From Alphaproteobacteria bacterium (GTDB lineage: Bacteria; Pseudomonadota; Alphaproteobacteria; UBA7887): a DNA stretch of 64,000 nucleotides. The stretch is from assembly GCA_965216755.1 (NCBI GenBank), contig CBDCGL010000011.1, positions 3,552,001 through 3,616,000 of the forward strand. Direction: 5' to 3'. Of this stretch, positions 41,987-51,140 are shown piece by piece. The notes beneath the pieces are model-generated. The model saw only the letters and a list, made by a program, of their open reading frames with translations. It was not told the DNA's origin and did no database searches. Position numbers and translations under genes: made by a program. Within the stretch, counting starts at the first letter, position 1, and each line of letters opens with the position of its first letter.

Positions 41987-42049
41987 CAGCGCTCATCCCG
42001 AATGTGTTGCCCCCGTTTGCGGCCGGTCGGGTCGGATACCGCTCTATCC

Positions 42050-42703
42050 TCAGCGATGATTGGTGGCATCGCTGACGATGCCCAAAAATTCGCGCCGCGT
42101 GCTGGGGTCGTCACGAAACGCACCGATCATGCGGCTGGTTTTCATGGTCACGCCGCGTTTGCGCACGCCGCGCGTGGTCATGCATTGATGGGTCGCTTCG
42201 ATCATCACGGCGACCCCCTTCGGCTTGAGTACCGTGTCGATTGTGTCGGCAATTTGCACGGTCATGCGCTCTTGAATTTGCAAGCGGCGCGCATAAAGGT
42301 CGACAACGCGTGCCAATTTACTGATGCCCACCACGCGGTGGTCGGGCAAATAGGCGACATGGGCTTCGCCAATGACCGGCAGCATGTGATGTTCGCAGTA
42401 GGACACGAACTCAATACCAGTTAACACGATCATTTCATCGTAGCCGTCGACTTCCTCAAAGGTGCGTTCGAGGACAGAGATCGGGTCGCCGCCATAGCCC
42501 GAAAACAATTCCTCAAAGGCGCGTCGTACACGAAGTGGCGTCCCCAACAAGCCTTCGCGTTCGGGATCATCGCCGGCCCACCGAATTAACGTGCGAACGG
42601 CCCGTTCAACCTCTTCGACTGCTGGTTTGCCGTCGCCGACCGGCTTTGGCGCCGTTGGCGTCGTCGCGGTTTGGGTGGCGTTTTCCTGGTCGATCTTATT
42701 CAT
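42050..42703 (-). CDS. folE: GTP cyclohydrolase I
   Basis: [28 protein letters not shown]. Confidence 0.96.
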   Translation of the reverse strand: MNKIDQENATQTATTPTAPKPVGDGKPAVEEVERAVRTLIRWAGDDPEREGLLGTPLRVRRAFEELFSGYGGDPISVLERTFEEVDGYDEMIVLTGIEFVSYCEHHMLPVIGEAHVAYLPDHRVVGISKLARVVDLYARRLQIQERMTVQIADTIDTVLKPKGVAVMIEATHQCMTTRGVRKRGVTMKTSRMIGAFRDDPSTRREFLGIVSDATNHR

Positions 42704-42779
42704 GAGGCGTTCCGAAACTGTGGACCTGCCGCGCAACCGGTCCGGCGCATTTGCGCGCCAGGCGCCGCCCAACGGGGCG

Positions 42780-43172
42780 TCAGTTTAAGCGTTTTTCGGT
42801 AAACGGACTGTCCAGCGAAAAAGCGGGGATGGCCACATCAAAACGCTCACCGGACGATGTCACCATTTCATAGGTGCCGACCATGATTCCGGACGGCGTC
42901 GAAAGCGGCGTGCCACTGGTGTATTCAAAGGTTTCGCCGGGGCTCAAAACCGGCTGCTCACCCACCACACCAGCTCCGTGAACTTCTTGGGTGCGGCCGT
43001 GATCGTCAGTGATTTGCCAATACCGGTTGCGTAATTGAACAGTCTCGCCACCTTGGTTCTCGATCCGTACCTGATAAGCGAACACGAAATGGTCGTCCTC
43101 GGGGGACGATTGATCGTCCAGGTAAAAGGGCTTGACCGTAATTCTTATTTTACGAGTGACTTGCTCGTACAT
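42780..43172 (-). CDS. apaG: ApaG protein
   Basis: [27 protein letters not shown]. Confidence 0.95.
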   Translation of the reverse strand: MYEQVTRKIRITVKPFYLDDQSSPEDDHFVFAYQVRIENQGGETVQLRNRYWQITDDHGRTQEVHGAGVVGEQPVLSPGETFEYTSGTPLSTPSGIMVGTYEMVTSSGERFDVAIPAFSLDSPFTEKRLN

Positions 43173-43314
43173 TTTGTGCCCCGGTCTAACGTCGCGGCGG
43201 ACGCGCCATCAACCGCCCAGCCGGCCGCGATCCGTCTACCTAACTTAGGGGGAAGTCGTCATCCTTGTCTAGGCCACCCAAGGACCGTCGTCGCCGAGGC
43301 GCGGCCTCGGGCGC

Positions 43315-44274
43315 TTACGCCACACTGCAGGAGCCGCCACCCAAAACACAAAAGCGCGCACAATGCGGGTGATTCAGCCGAACGGCCGCGGCGCCATCAG
43401 CAAGTGTCGGGCCAAGGACGAAGCGGTGATCATACGGGAGCAGGGTACACGGCATGACAACCGGCGTGGCCGCCCCTTTGTGTTTCACGATCATGCGCGA
43501 CGTCGCGCACATCAATGTGTCGGGGTGTACATCCAGTATGTCCCAACAGGACTCGGTAATCTCTGGCACATCGGCGTCTTCGTCCATTTCTGGGAACAAA
43601 ACCAGGGCGGTGCAGTTGGCGGCATCGATTGGCACGTCCAACGCCGCGAACAAACGCCGATAGCCGTTGCGCATCGCGGCTTCGTTTTCGCCCCATTTCA
43701 AGCGGCCCGCGATATTGATCCTAAAGCCGTTTTTGCTCAACCACTTAATGCCTTTGATTGTCGGTTCCCAAGAGCGTGCGCCACGTTCGGTTTCATGCAG
43801 AGCCCGCGCGTAGTGATCCAACGACACCCGGATCGTCAGGCGGTCGCGGTCAGCGGGCGCAATCGCCAACAAATCGTCGGCGCTCTTCATCATTGGTCGC
43901 ATCGCATTGGTCAAGACCAAGACCCGAAAGCCCCGGGTCAGGCACAACCGGATCATGGGCAACAAGTCGGGGTTCATAAAAGGCTCGCCACCGGTGAAAC
44001 CGATTTCTTGCGTAGACAGGCCGTTGGCGGCGATTTCATCCAAATAAGCCTGTACGTCGTCACGTGACAAATAGGCCAGCCGATCGTTGGTCGGACTGGA
44101 TTCGATATAACAGTTGGCGCAGGTCAAATTGCACAAAGTGCCGGTATTGAACCACAGCGTCTGAAGCGCTGTTGGCCGCACGCTGGCGCGGACCTCTCCC
44201 GTGGCCGTCAGCTCAGGGTCTTTGAACTTACGGAGGTCTAGTTGGTCCACTTTTGCCGCGGCTGCTGATGACAT
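43315..44274 (-). CDS. Radical SAM protein, function unknown
   Basis: CNLTCANC (CxxxCxxC), TGGEP, LTN, Cys-rich C-terminus. Confidence 0.9.
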   Translation of the reverse strand: MSSAAAAKVDQLDLRKFKDPELTATGEVRASVRPTALQTLWFNTGTLCNLTCANCYIESSPTNDRLAYLSRDDVQAYLDEIAANGLSTQEIGFTGGEPFMNPDLLPMIRLCLTRGFRVLVLTNAMRPMMKSADDLLAIAPADRDRLTIRVSLDHYARALHETERGARSWEPTIKGIKWLSKNGFRINIAGRLKWGENEAAMRNGYRRLFAALDVPIDAANCTALVLFPEMDEDADVPEITESCWDILDVHPDTLMCATSRMIVKHKGAATPVVMPCTLLPYDHRFVLGPTLADGAAAVRLNHPHCARFCVLGGGSCSVA

Positions 44275-44516
44275 AGCTTGTCCTTAAAACGTTGATTCCA
44301 ATCGCATCTTTATGGATTGCATGGTCGGAATGCGATTCCGCACATGAGCGCCGGTCTTGTCCTGGCCGCCGGCGGCGCCGCAGACCCTATGGCCGGGGCG
44401 CGTTTTGTCAATGTTCGCGACGCCAGTTCATCAAATTGTCAAGAGCCCGCCACAATATCGGCCGGCCAAATTTGATTGCGCCCTGGTCGCGGACGGCACA
44501 ATATGTCGCCCTCCTT

Positions 44517-44591
44517 GCGGGTGTAGTTCAGTGGTAGAACGACAGCTTCCCAAGCTGTATGTCGTCGGTTCGATTCCGATCACCCGCTCCA
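44517..44591 (+). tRNA. tRNA-Gly(CCC)
   Basis: gcgggtgtagttcagtggtagaacgacagcttCCCaagctgt...ggttcgattccgatcacccgctcca. Confidence 0.97.
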
Positions 44592-44619
44592 CGATCACCC
44601 GGCAAGATTTGGCCGGATA

Positions 44620-45444
44620 TCAGCCCCTGACGGCGCCGGCGGTCAATCCGGCGACGATGCGGCGCTGAAACAGCATGACCAAAAGGATGAGTGGCACCGT
44701 CACGATCACCGACGCCGCCATCAGCTGACCCCACGGCAGTTCGTGACTGCTGGCGCCCGACATCAGCGCGATGGCCACGGGTACCGTGCGCTGGTCGTTG
44801 GTCAGCGTAAAGGTGAGGGCAAACAGAAACTCGTTCCAAGCCGCAATGAACGCCAATAGGCCGGTCGATACCATGGCGGGTGCCATCAGCGGCAATAGTA
44901 TGCGGATCAGTAATGTCGCCGGCCCGGCGCCGTCGATCTTGGCGGCGTCCTCGATTTCCACCGGGACTGCGCGGACAAATGTGGTCAGCACCCAAACCGT
45001 GAAAGGCAGGGTCAATATTAGGTAAGATAACATTAGGCTCGCCAGGCTGTTGTAGAGACCCAGCCCGCGGATCAGCGCGAACATACCTGACAAAACCGCG
45101 ATTTGTGGAAACATCGATACCGCCAGCAGTGTCATCATGACGGTCGCGCGACCGCGAAATGCATGCCGCGCCAGGCCATAGGCGGTTGATAGGCCCAGTG
45201 CTACCGACAAGCCAACCACGACGGTCGCGACCAATATTGAGTTCAGCAGACTGGTCGCGAAGGCCTGTTCACCAAAGACCGCGCGGTAATTCTGACCGGA
45301 CGGGGCCGCGGGCCACAGGCTCGGATCGAACAGCGCGCTGCCGGACTTCAGCGACGAGCTAATCGCATAGACAAACGGTAGCAGCGCATAGGCGGCGATA
45401 AACAGCACCGCGAGCGCAAACCCGACGCGGGCCAAGGCGTTCAT
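44620..45444 (-). CDS. Carbohydrate ABC permease (MalG/ThuG-like)
   Basis: EDAAKIDGA, WNEFLFA, IVAGLTAGAV. Confidence 0.92.
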   Translation of the reverse strand: MNALARVGFALAVLFIAAYALLPFVYAISSSLKSGSALFDPSLWPAAPSGQNYRAVFGEQAFATSLLNSILVATVVVGLSVALGLSTAYGLARHAFRGRATVMMTLLAVSMFPQIAVLSGMFALIRGLGLYNSLASLMLSYLILTLPFTVWVLTTFVRAVPVEIEDAAKIDGAGPATLLIRILLPLMAPAMVSTGLLAFIAAWNEFLFALTFTLTNDQRTVPVAIALMSGASSHELPWGQLMAASVIVTVPLILLVMLFQRRIVAGLTAGAVRG

Positions 45445-46382
45445 GGCGTCGACACCGCGTCCCCGGCGCGGGTGGCGACGAGATACAGAGCAATGACGCC
45501 GCCAATGATGAAAAAGGTCGCGGTGGCGGCGGCCGCGCCATAGCCAGCTAAACCGAAATCGACCAGTTGCTGGCGCGTGTATATAGACATGCTCATGGTT
45601 TCACGGCTATTCGCGGCCAAGACGTAGATCACATCGAACACGCGCAAGGCGTCGAGCAGGCGGAAGATCACCGCGACCACCAGCGCCGGCATGATCAAAG
45701 GCAAGGTGATGAACCAGAATACGGCCAGCGCCGGAACACCATCGACTTTGGCCGCTTCATAGCAATCCCCGGGCACCAGTTGCAGCGCGGCCAGCACCAG
45801 CAACGTCACGAACGGCGTTGTCTTCCACACATCGACCGCGATCACGCTGGCCATGGTGAGGGCAGGATCGGCGGTCCAGGCGAGCGGCTGGCCGATCAGG
45901 CCGAGGGTCAACAGCGCCGCGTTGACCAGGCCATATTGGTCATGGAGCATCCACGCCCATATTTTCGCCGACACCACCGTTGGTACTGCCCAGGGTACCA
46001 ATACCAATGCGCGGATCAACGCGCGGCCCGGAAAGGACATATTCAGCACCACGGCGATCGCCACGCCAAGGACGGTTTCCAGCGATACCGAGACCAACGC
46101 AAAAACAACGGTGTTGCGGACCGCCCGCCACCAATCCGGGTCGGCAAGCAAGCCATAGGCGCTGCCGTCCTCGACCACCCAATAATTCTCGAAACCGATC
46201 CAGCTGCCACCGCCGCCGAGCGTCGTGTCAGTGAAACCAAGCCAGAAATTGTGGACCAACGGCCAACCGGCGACCAATACCAGCACCGCGAGCGTTGGCG
46301 TCATCAAAAGCCAGGCCGCGCGCCGTTGTCGTTGCGTCAGGTTCCCATCGACCGGTCGGCGCGTCACGCCGCTACCAGCCAC
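45441..46382 (-). CDS. Carbohydrate ABC permease (MalF/ThuF-like)
   Basis: DVWKTTPF, YEAAKVDG, DALRVFD. Confidence 0.92.
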   Translation of the reverse strand: MAGSGVTRRPVDGNLTQRQRRAAWLLMTPTLAVLVLVAGWPLVHNFWLGFTDTTLGGGGSWIGFENYWVVEDGSAYGLLADPDWWRAVRNTVVFALVSVSLETVLGVAIAVVLNMSFPGRALIRALVLVPWAVPTVVSAKIWAWMLHDQYGLVNAALLTLGLIGQPLAWTADPALTMASVIAVDVWKTTPFVTLLVLAALQLVPGDCYEAAKVDGVPALAVFWFITLPLIMPALVVAVIFRLLDALRVFDVIYVLAANSRETMSMSIYTRQQLVDFGLAGYGAAAATATFFIIGGVIALYLVATRAGDAVSTP

Positions 46383-47643
46383 CGCGGCGTCGCAGGCGGG
46401 TCAGTGTTCGTTCCAAGGCGGCGACGCTTTCGGCACCCGATCGGCGGCCGGCAAGCACGTCGTGGACCGCGTTGGCGAACGCGACCGACACTTGATTGTA
46501 GCTTTCACCGGTCGTTTGAGATGGCCGCGCGACCGCATCGGCCATGGCATCCCGCAAGAGGACGAGATAGGGATTGGCGGCGCGCACATCCGCATCGTCG
46601 TAGAGTGCGGCAATGGTCGGATTGAAGCCGCCCGCCAAGGCGCGGCGCTTTTGCTCGTCAGGCCCGGTCAAATAACGAACCAGATCGATGGCAATCTCGG
46701 CATGGGCGCTGTAACGCGACACCGCCAGCTGCCAGCCGCCGAGCGTGGCGGCGCGCTCGCCACCGCTGCCGGCGGGCAGGGCCGCGACCCCGACATGGCC
46801 TTTGACTGGGCTATCGGCGGCATTCGCCAACGTCCAGGCATAGGGCCAATTGCGCATGAACACCGCATCGCCGGCCTGAAACACGGCACGCGCTTCCTCC
46901 TCGCCGTAGCCTAGGACACCGGGCGGCGATATCGAGCCGACCCAGCCCGCTGCGCGGTCCAGTGCGATCGCCGCGGCGGAGTTATCGGCCGTGATCGCGC
47001 CGTCGGCGTCGACAATCGTGCCGCCGCCCTCGCTGACCAGCCATTCCAGGGCGTTGCAGGTGAGCCCCTCATAGGCTTTGCCCTGCCAGACATAGCCCCA
47101 CAGATTGGTATTGCCGACAGCCCGCTCCGCGCCTTGGATGGCGGCGGCGGTGGCGGCCAGCGCCTGCCAGGTTTCGGGTACCGAAAAGCCATGGGCGTCG
47201 AGCAGGTCACGCCGGTAGTAAAGCAGGCCGGCGTCGGTGAACCACGGCATGGCGACCAGGCGGCCATCGACCGTGTTGTTGGCGATCAGCGCCGGCACAT
47301 GTTGCGCGGTGGTGTCGCCGACATAGGGGCCGAGGTCAATCAGGTGTGGGGCCAACAAGCCGGGCCAGATGACATCGATTTGGAAGACGTCAATATCGTC
47401 GGCACCGGCGGCAAACAGTTGTTGATAGAGCGCCAGCCGCTCGGTCGCCGAATTGGGTGTCGACACCACGCGCACCGTATGGCCCGATCGCGCCGCCCAG
47501 GCGTCCGCGCCGTCGCGGCACAGTTCCAATTCCGCGCCCAGGGCGCTACACGATATAGCGATTTCGGCGGCCCTGGCCGCACCCGCCGCGAAACCAAAGC
47601 TGACCGACAAGATAATTCCGATGATCCGCGTGCGCTTGAGCAT
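46372..47643 (-). CDS. Carbohydrate ABC substrate-binding protein (trehalose/maltose ThuE-like)
   Basis: Signal peptide, IDVIWP, QGKAYEGLTC, FMRNWPY, LGGWQL. Confidence 0.9.
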   Translation of the reverse strand: MLKRTRIIGIILSVSFGFAAGAARAAEIAISCSALGAELELCRDGADAWAARSGHTVRVVSTPNSATERLALYQQLFAAGADDIDVFQIDVIWPGLLAPHLIDLGPYVGDTTAQHVPALIANNTVDGRLVAMPWFTDAGLLYYRRDLLDAHGFSVPETWQALAATAAAIQGAERAVGNTNLWGYVWQGKAYEGLTCNALEWLVSEGGGTIVDADGAITADNSAAAIALDRAAGWVGSISPPGVLGYGEEEARAVFQAGDAVFMRNWPYAWTLANAADSPVKGHVGVAALPAGSGGERAATLGGWQLAVSRYSAHAEIAIDLVRYLTGPDEQKRRALAGGFNPTIAALYDDADVRAANPYLVLLRDAMADAVARPSQTTGESYNQVSVAFANAVHDVLAGRRSGAESVAALERTLTRLRRRGGW

Positions 47644-47797
47644 GACAGGCTGATTCCTGAAGTGCGACGTGGCGTCTGTCAACGTTCCGACGGCCCCTCA
47701 CCCTTGTCGCGGCTTTGCAGAACCTGCTTGCTTGTGTAGGGTCCGGCGCGATAACCCCGTTCGCGCCGCATGCGCGAGCCCAGCAAGTGAGCCGATC

Positions 47798-49129
47798 TTG
47801 TCAAAGCAATCCTTGGCGCCGCCCTCCGGCAGCCGCGATTTCTTGCCTGAGGAAGCGCGCTTCCGCAGCCACGTTTTGGCGACAATAGAACAAACTTTTG
47901 CGATGCACGGATTTGAACCGATGCAGACGCCGGCCTTCGAACGCATCGAGACCCTTTCGGGTAAATATGGCGATGAAGGCGAAAAGCTGATCTTCAAGAT
48001 TCTCAAACGTGGCGAAAAGGCGGCCAGCGGCGAAGCGGATCTGGCGTTGCGGTATGATCTAACCGTGCCAGCCATGCGGGTTTACGCGCATCGCCGCAAT
48101 GAATTGCCGACCCTGTTCAAGCGTTCGCAAATTGGTCCCGTGTGGCGCGCGGACCGGCCGGGACGCGGGCGCTTTCGGGAGTTCTATCAATGCGACGTGG
48201 ACATCATCGGCAGCGCTTCGCGGCTCGCCGATGTCGCCGTAATTCAGGCCTTGGCCGACGCCCTTGATGCGGTTGGGTTGGATGATTTCCACATCCGTTT
48301 GAATTCGCGTCATGTCCTGAAGGGAATGATGGATTGCTACGGGGTTCCCGAACCCGCGCAGGCGGCGGCGATTACGGTTCTGGACAAGATCGACAAGATC
48401 GGGGTCGAGGGCATCACCGAAGAAATGGCGGCTTTGACGGCCGACGGCGTCTCATTGTTTGCGCCGCTGCTGGCAGATTTGGCTGCCGATGATTTCGAAC
48501 AGCGCTTGCGTGGGCGGCTGGTGGAGTCCGATGTCGGGCAGATGGGTTTGTCGGAAAGCGACGAGATCGTCGCGCGCTTGACCGATCTCATGCCGCCCGG
48601 TCGCATCGCCTTTGATCCGATTTTGGCGCGTGGGCTCGACTATTATACGGGGCCGATCTTCGAATTCGTTGCCCATGGCGGCGCCGGGTCGATTGCCGGC
48701 GGTGGCCGCTACGACAATCTGGCCGGCCTATTTCTAAAGACGTCGGTGCCGGTGTGCGGTGGGTCGCTGGGCATTGAACGCATTTTGCTGTTGCTCAAGG
48801 CGCGGCAATCATCGGCGCAGCTGGCGGACGGTCCGGTGTATGTCACCGTGTGGGATGAGACCTTGGCCAGTGCATCATTGGCGTTGGCGGCTGAATTGCG
48901 CGCTGCCGGAATGGCCGCTGAAATCAGTGTCGTCGACGGTAAGCTCGGCAAGCAACTCCGCACCGCCGACAATCGCGCTTGCCGCGTTGCCGTTGTGCTG
49001 GGCCCCGACGAACATGACGCCGGTACGGTCGTGGTTAAGAACATGGTCGCCGGAAGCCAAGAGACCGTGGCGCGCGCCGCCCTTATCGACGCCGTGAAGC
49101 GGGCGCTCAACGCCGCCGAATCGCGATAA
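47798..49129 (+). CDS. hisS: Histidine--tRNA ligase
   Basis: GSRDF, LRYDLT, RFREFYQCDVD, LARGLDYYTG, GGGRYD; TTG start inferred. Confidence 0.93.
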   Translation: MSKQSLAPPSGSRDFLPEEARFRSHVLATIEQTFAMHGFEPMQTPAFERIETLSGKYGDEGEKLIFKILKRGEKAASGEADLALRYDLTVPAMRVYAHRRNELPTLFKRSQIGPVWRADRPGRGRFREFYQCDVDIIGSASRLADVAVIQALADALDAVGLDDFHIRLNSRHVLKGMMDCYGVPEPAQAAAITVLDKIDKIGVEGITEEMAALTADGVSLFAPLLADLAADDFEQRLRGRLVESDVGQMGLSESDEIVARLTDLMPPGRIAFDPILARGLDYYTGPIFEFVAHGGAGSIAGGGRYDNLAGLFLKTSVPVCGGSLGIERILLLLKARQSSAQLADGPVYVTVWDETLASASLALAAELRAAGMAAEISVVDGKLGKQLRTADNRACRVAVVLGPDEHDAGTVVVKNMVAGSQETVARAALIDAVKRALNAAESR

Positions 49130-49934
49130 AGCGACCGCCACCGAGCGACCCATGGTCGATCAGGGCGATGAATTGGCGATAGGCTTCAACATAGGCCTCA
49201 TGGCGGTCGCGACCGAAAAGCCGCACGGTATCGTCTTCCATGTTGCGGAACATCTCGTAACGAGCATGCAAGATATCGCGCCACGCCGCCGACGTGTCTT
49301 CGCTGGCGATGTCGGTAAAGCCGGCGGCGCCAAGTAGCCTTTCATATTCGGCGACGCTGTTGATGGTGCCGATCGGCATGCCGGTCTTTAACGCCGCGAA
49401 AGTTTCGGCATCAAACGCACCGCGCCGCACCCAGTCGGTGAAGCCAAGTCCGCCGCCGCCGTTGAGGGAACGAAAACAGCCGCCCAGCAGGGCCGGCTTA
49501 TCCGCGATATGCAAAAACGCTTCTTGCCCAATGGCGGCGTCGAAGCTGCCGGCGGCCACCGGCAGGCGGGTCGCGTCGCCGCGCACATAGTGGACCTGTT
49601 GCGCCAAGCCCACCCGCGCGGTCAAGCGCGCCGCGCCGATTACCCGCCGCCAATTGAAATCGACACCGACCACCTGGCAGCCATAGCGATGGGCCAAATA
49701 ACGCGCGCTGCCACCGAGTCCGGAGCATACATCCATGACCCGTGAGCCGGGACCGACATGAAGCGCGGCCGCCAGCACGTCGGTCGCCGCCAAGCCGCCA
49801 TAGTGATCCTGATCGTGCGGCGACAGATCTTCGGGCGTCAGGTGATCAAGGGCCTTGCCGTCGCGTTGCACGGCAGCCTCGATTTGCGCCTCGTTGATCG
49901 GGTGTTCGTCATAGAACGTCGTCAGGTCGACCAT
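49107..49934 (-). CDS. Class I SAM-dependent methyltransferase
   Basis: DQDHYGG, VMDVCSGLGG, GDATRLP, FDA, FTDW. Confidence 0.88.
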   Translation of the reverse strand: MVDLTTFYDEHPINEAQIEAAVQRDGKALDHLTPEDLSPHDQDHYGGLAATDVLAAALHVGPGSRVMDVCSGLGGSARYLAHRYGCQVVGVDFNWRRVIGAARLTARVGLAQQVHYVRGDATRLPVAAGSFDAAIGQEAFLHIADKPALLGGCFRSLNGGGGLGFTDWVRRGAFDAETFAALKTGMPIGTINSVAEYERLLGAAGFTDIASEDTSAAWRDILHARYEMFRNMEDDTVRLFGRDRHEAYVEAYRQFIALIDHGSLGGGRFIAIRRR

Positions 49935-49978
49935 GACCGCACAGTAACGGGCATGGCGGCGGCCTGTACAGATCCGCG

Positions 49979-50299
49979 TCAAGCGGCCGCGATCGGATCC
50001 TTCTCCGCGGACGTCACGACCAACGATACCGGCTTTGCTGCCGGCCCCTCAATACAACGTTCTTTCAAGCCCTCGGCAAAGGGTTTGAAATAGGGTCGCG
50101 CCTGAAACCTTTGCAGCGCCTCTTCGTCCGCCATCCAGGCATGGTGGGTGAACGAGACCCCGTCATTGTCGACATAGACCGAATATTGAACGCTCGGATC
50201 GTTTTCGGCGCGGATTGCGGCGACGAAGTCGCGCACCGCGACATCCTGCGCGTCGCGGGCATCGTCGCGAATGCGATAGCGGATCATGAATGTCGGCAT
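49979..50299 (-). CDS. ABM-like (dimeric alpha-beta barrel) protein
   Basis: 106 aa; F.H...W.DEEAL..FQ.....K.F pattern. Confidence 0.65.
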   Translation of the reverse strand: MPTFMIRYRIRDDARDAQDVAVRDFVAAIRAENDPSVQYSVYVDNDGVSFTHHAWMADEEALQRFQARPYFKPFAEGLKERCIEGPAAKPVSLVVTSAEKDPIAAA

Positions 50300-50302
50300 G
50301 AT

Positions 50303-50767
50303 CTAAGCAGCTCCTGCGTCTTGCGGCTTGGTCCACGGATCGACGCCGGCGCTGCCGCCAGCCGCGGCAACTTCGAGCCGGGCGATATAGTGATCCCAAC
50401 CCTCGCCATGGCGTTGCAGCCATTCGCCACTGAGGCCGGAATGGACAAGCCGTACCAAGGTGCCCGAATCTTGCGGGGTCAAGGTAATTTCCACTTGGCT
50501 GGCGCCGGGCGGTACGGCCTCGCCACCTTCCCAGCCCCAGGTAAAGACCACGCGCTGATTGGGCGTGACTTCCACGAATGCGCCCTTGGCCACATTGTCC
50601 CCGGTCACATTGACCCGATAGATGCCGCCGGGGCGCGGGTCTGAATCTGCTTCCGTGCCGATCCACTGCGTGATCTTGTCCGGGTCGGTCAGAAACGGAA
50701 ACACTGTTTCCGGTGGCGCCTTGATGAACACTTCACACTCCAGGCGGTCATCATGAATGGTCGCCAT
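50303..50767 (-). CDS. SRPBCC/AHSA1 ligand-binding protein
   Basis: IKAPPETVF..LTDP....W, RVVFTWGW, GW..Y..RL. Confidence 0.9.
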   Translation of the reverse strand: MATIHDDRLECEVFIKAPPETVFPFLTDPDKITQWIGTEADSDPRPGGIYRVNVTGDNVAKGAFVEVTPNQRVVFTWGWEGGEAVPPGASQVEITLTPQDSGTLVRLVHSGLSGEWLQRHGEGWDHYIARLEVAAAGGSAGVDPWTKPQDAGAA

Positions 50768-51080
50768 CGTCCTCGCCTCTCTGTTGAAATTCGGCCTCGG
50801 CGGCGGATTTCAAGCGGCTCAAATTGTCCCGCCAGAAATCATCCAGATAGGCCTTGAGCTCCGCCAAGCGGTCCGCCCGCGTGCGATAGTAGCGGTGGGT
50901 GCCCGATTTGCGCACGATCACTAGGCCAACATCTTCCAACACGCGCAGATGTTGGGATATGGCCGGGCGGGTGACGTCAAACCGTGCCGCAATCGCCCCC
51001 GCGGACATTTCATGCGCCGAGATCATGCGCAAAATCGCCCGACGATTGGGCTCGGCTATGGCGCGTAATGCTTCATCCAT
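50751..51080 (-). CDS. ArsR/SmtB family transcription factor
   Basis: AIAEPNRRAIL, TRPAISQHLRVL..VGLV. Confidence 0.92.
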   Translation of the reverse strand: MDEALRAIAEPNRRAILRMISAHEMSAGAIAARFDVTRPAISQHLRVLEDVGLVIVRKSGTHRYYRTRADRLAELKAYLDDFWRDNLSRLKSAAEAEFQQRGEDDGDHS

Positions 51081-51104
51081 GACGATAACAAAACCGAAAA
51101 ATTT

Positions 51105-51120
51105 GTAAGTGTCAACTTAC
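51105..51120. promoter_or_regulatory. Putative ArsR operator
   Basis: Palindrome GTAAGT-gtca-ACTTAC 24 bp upstream of arsR, overlapping a minus-strand TTGACA. Confidence 0.6.
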
Positions 51121-51140
51121 GAATGGAGGCGGACGTGCTT

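Noticed and set aside
11877-44274. gluQ, folE and radical SAM as a queuosine/deazapurine DNA-modification system
   Set aside because: The genes are 30 kb apart, no queC/queD/tgt-like/dpd genes are present, and the radical SAM is not QueE-like.
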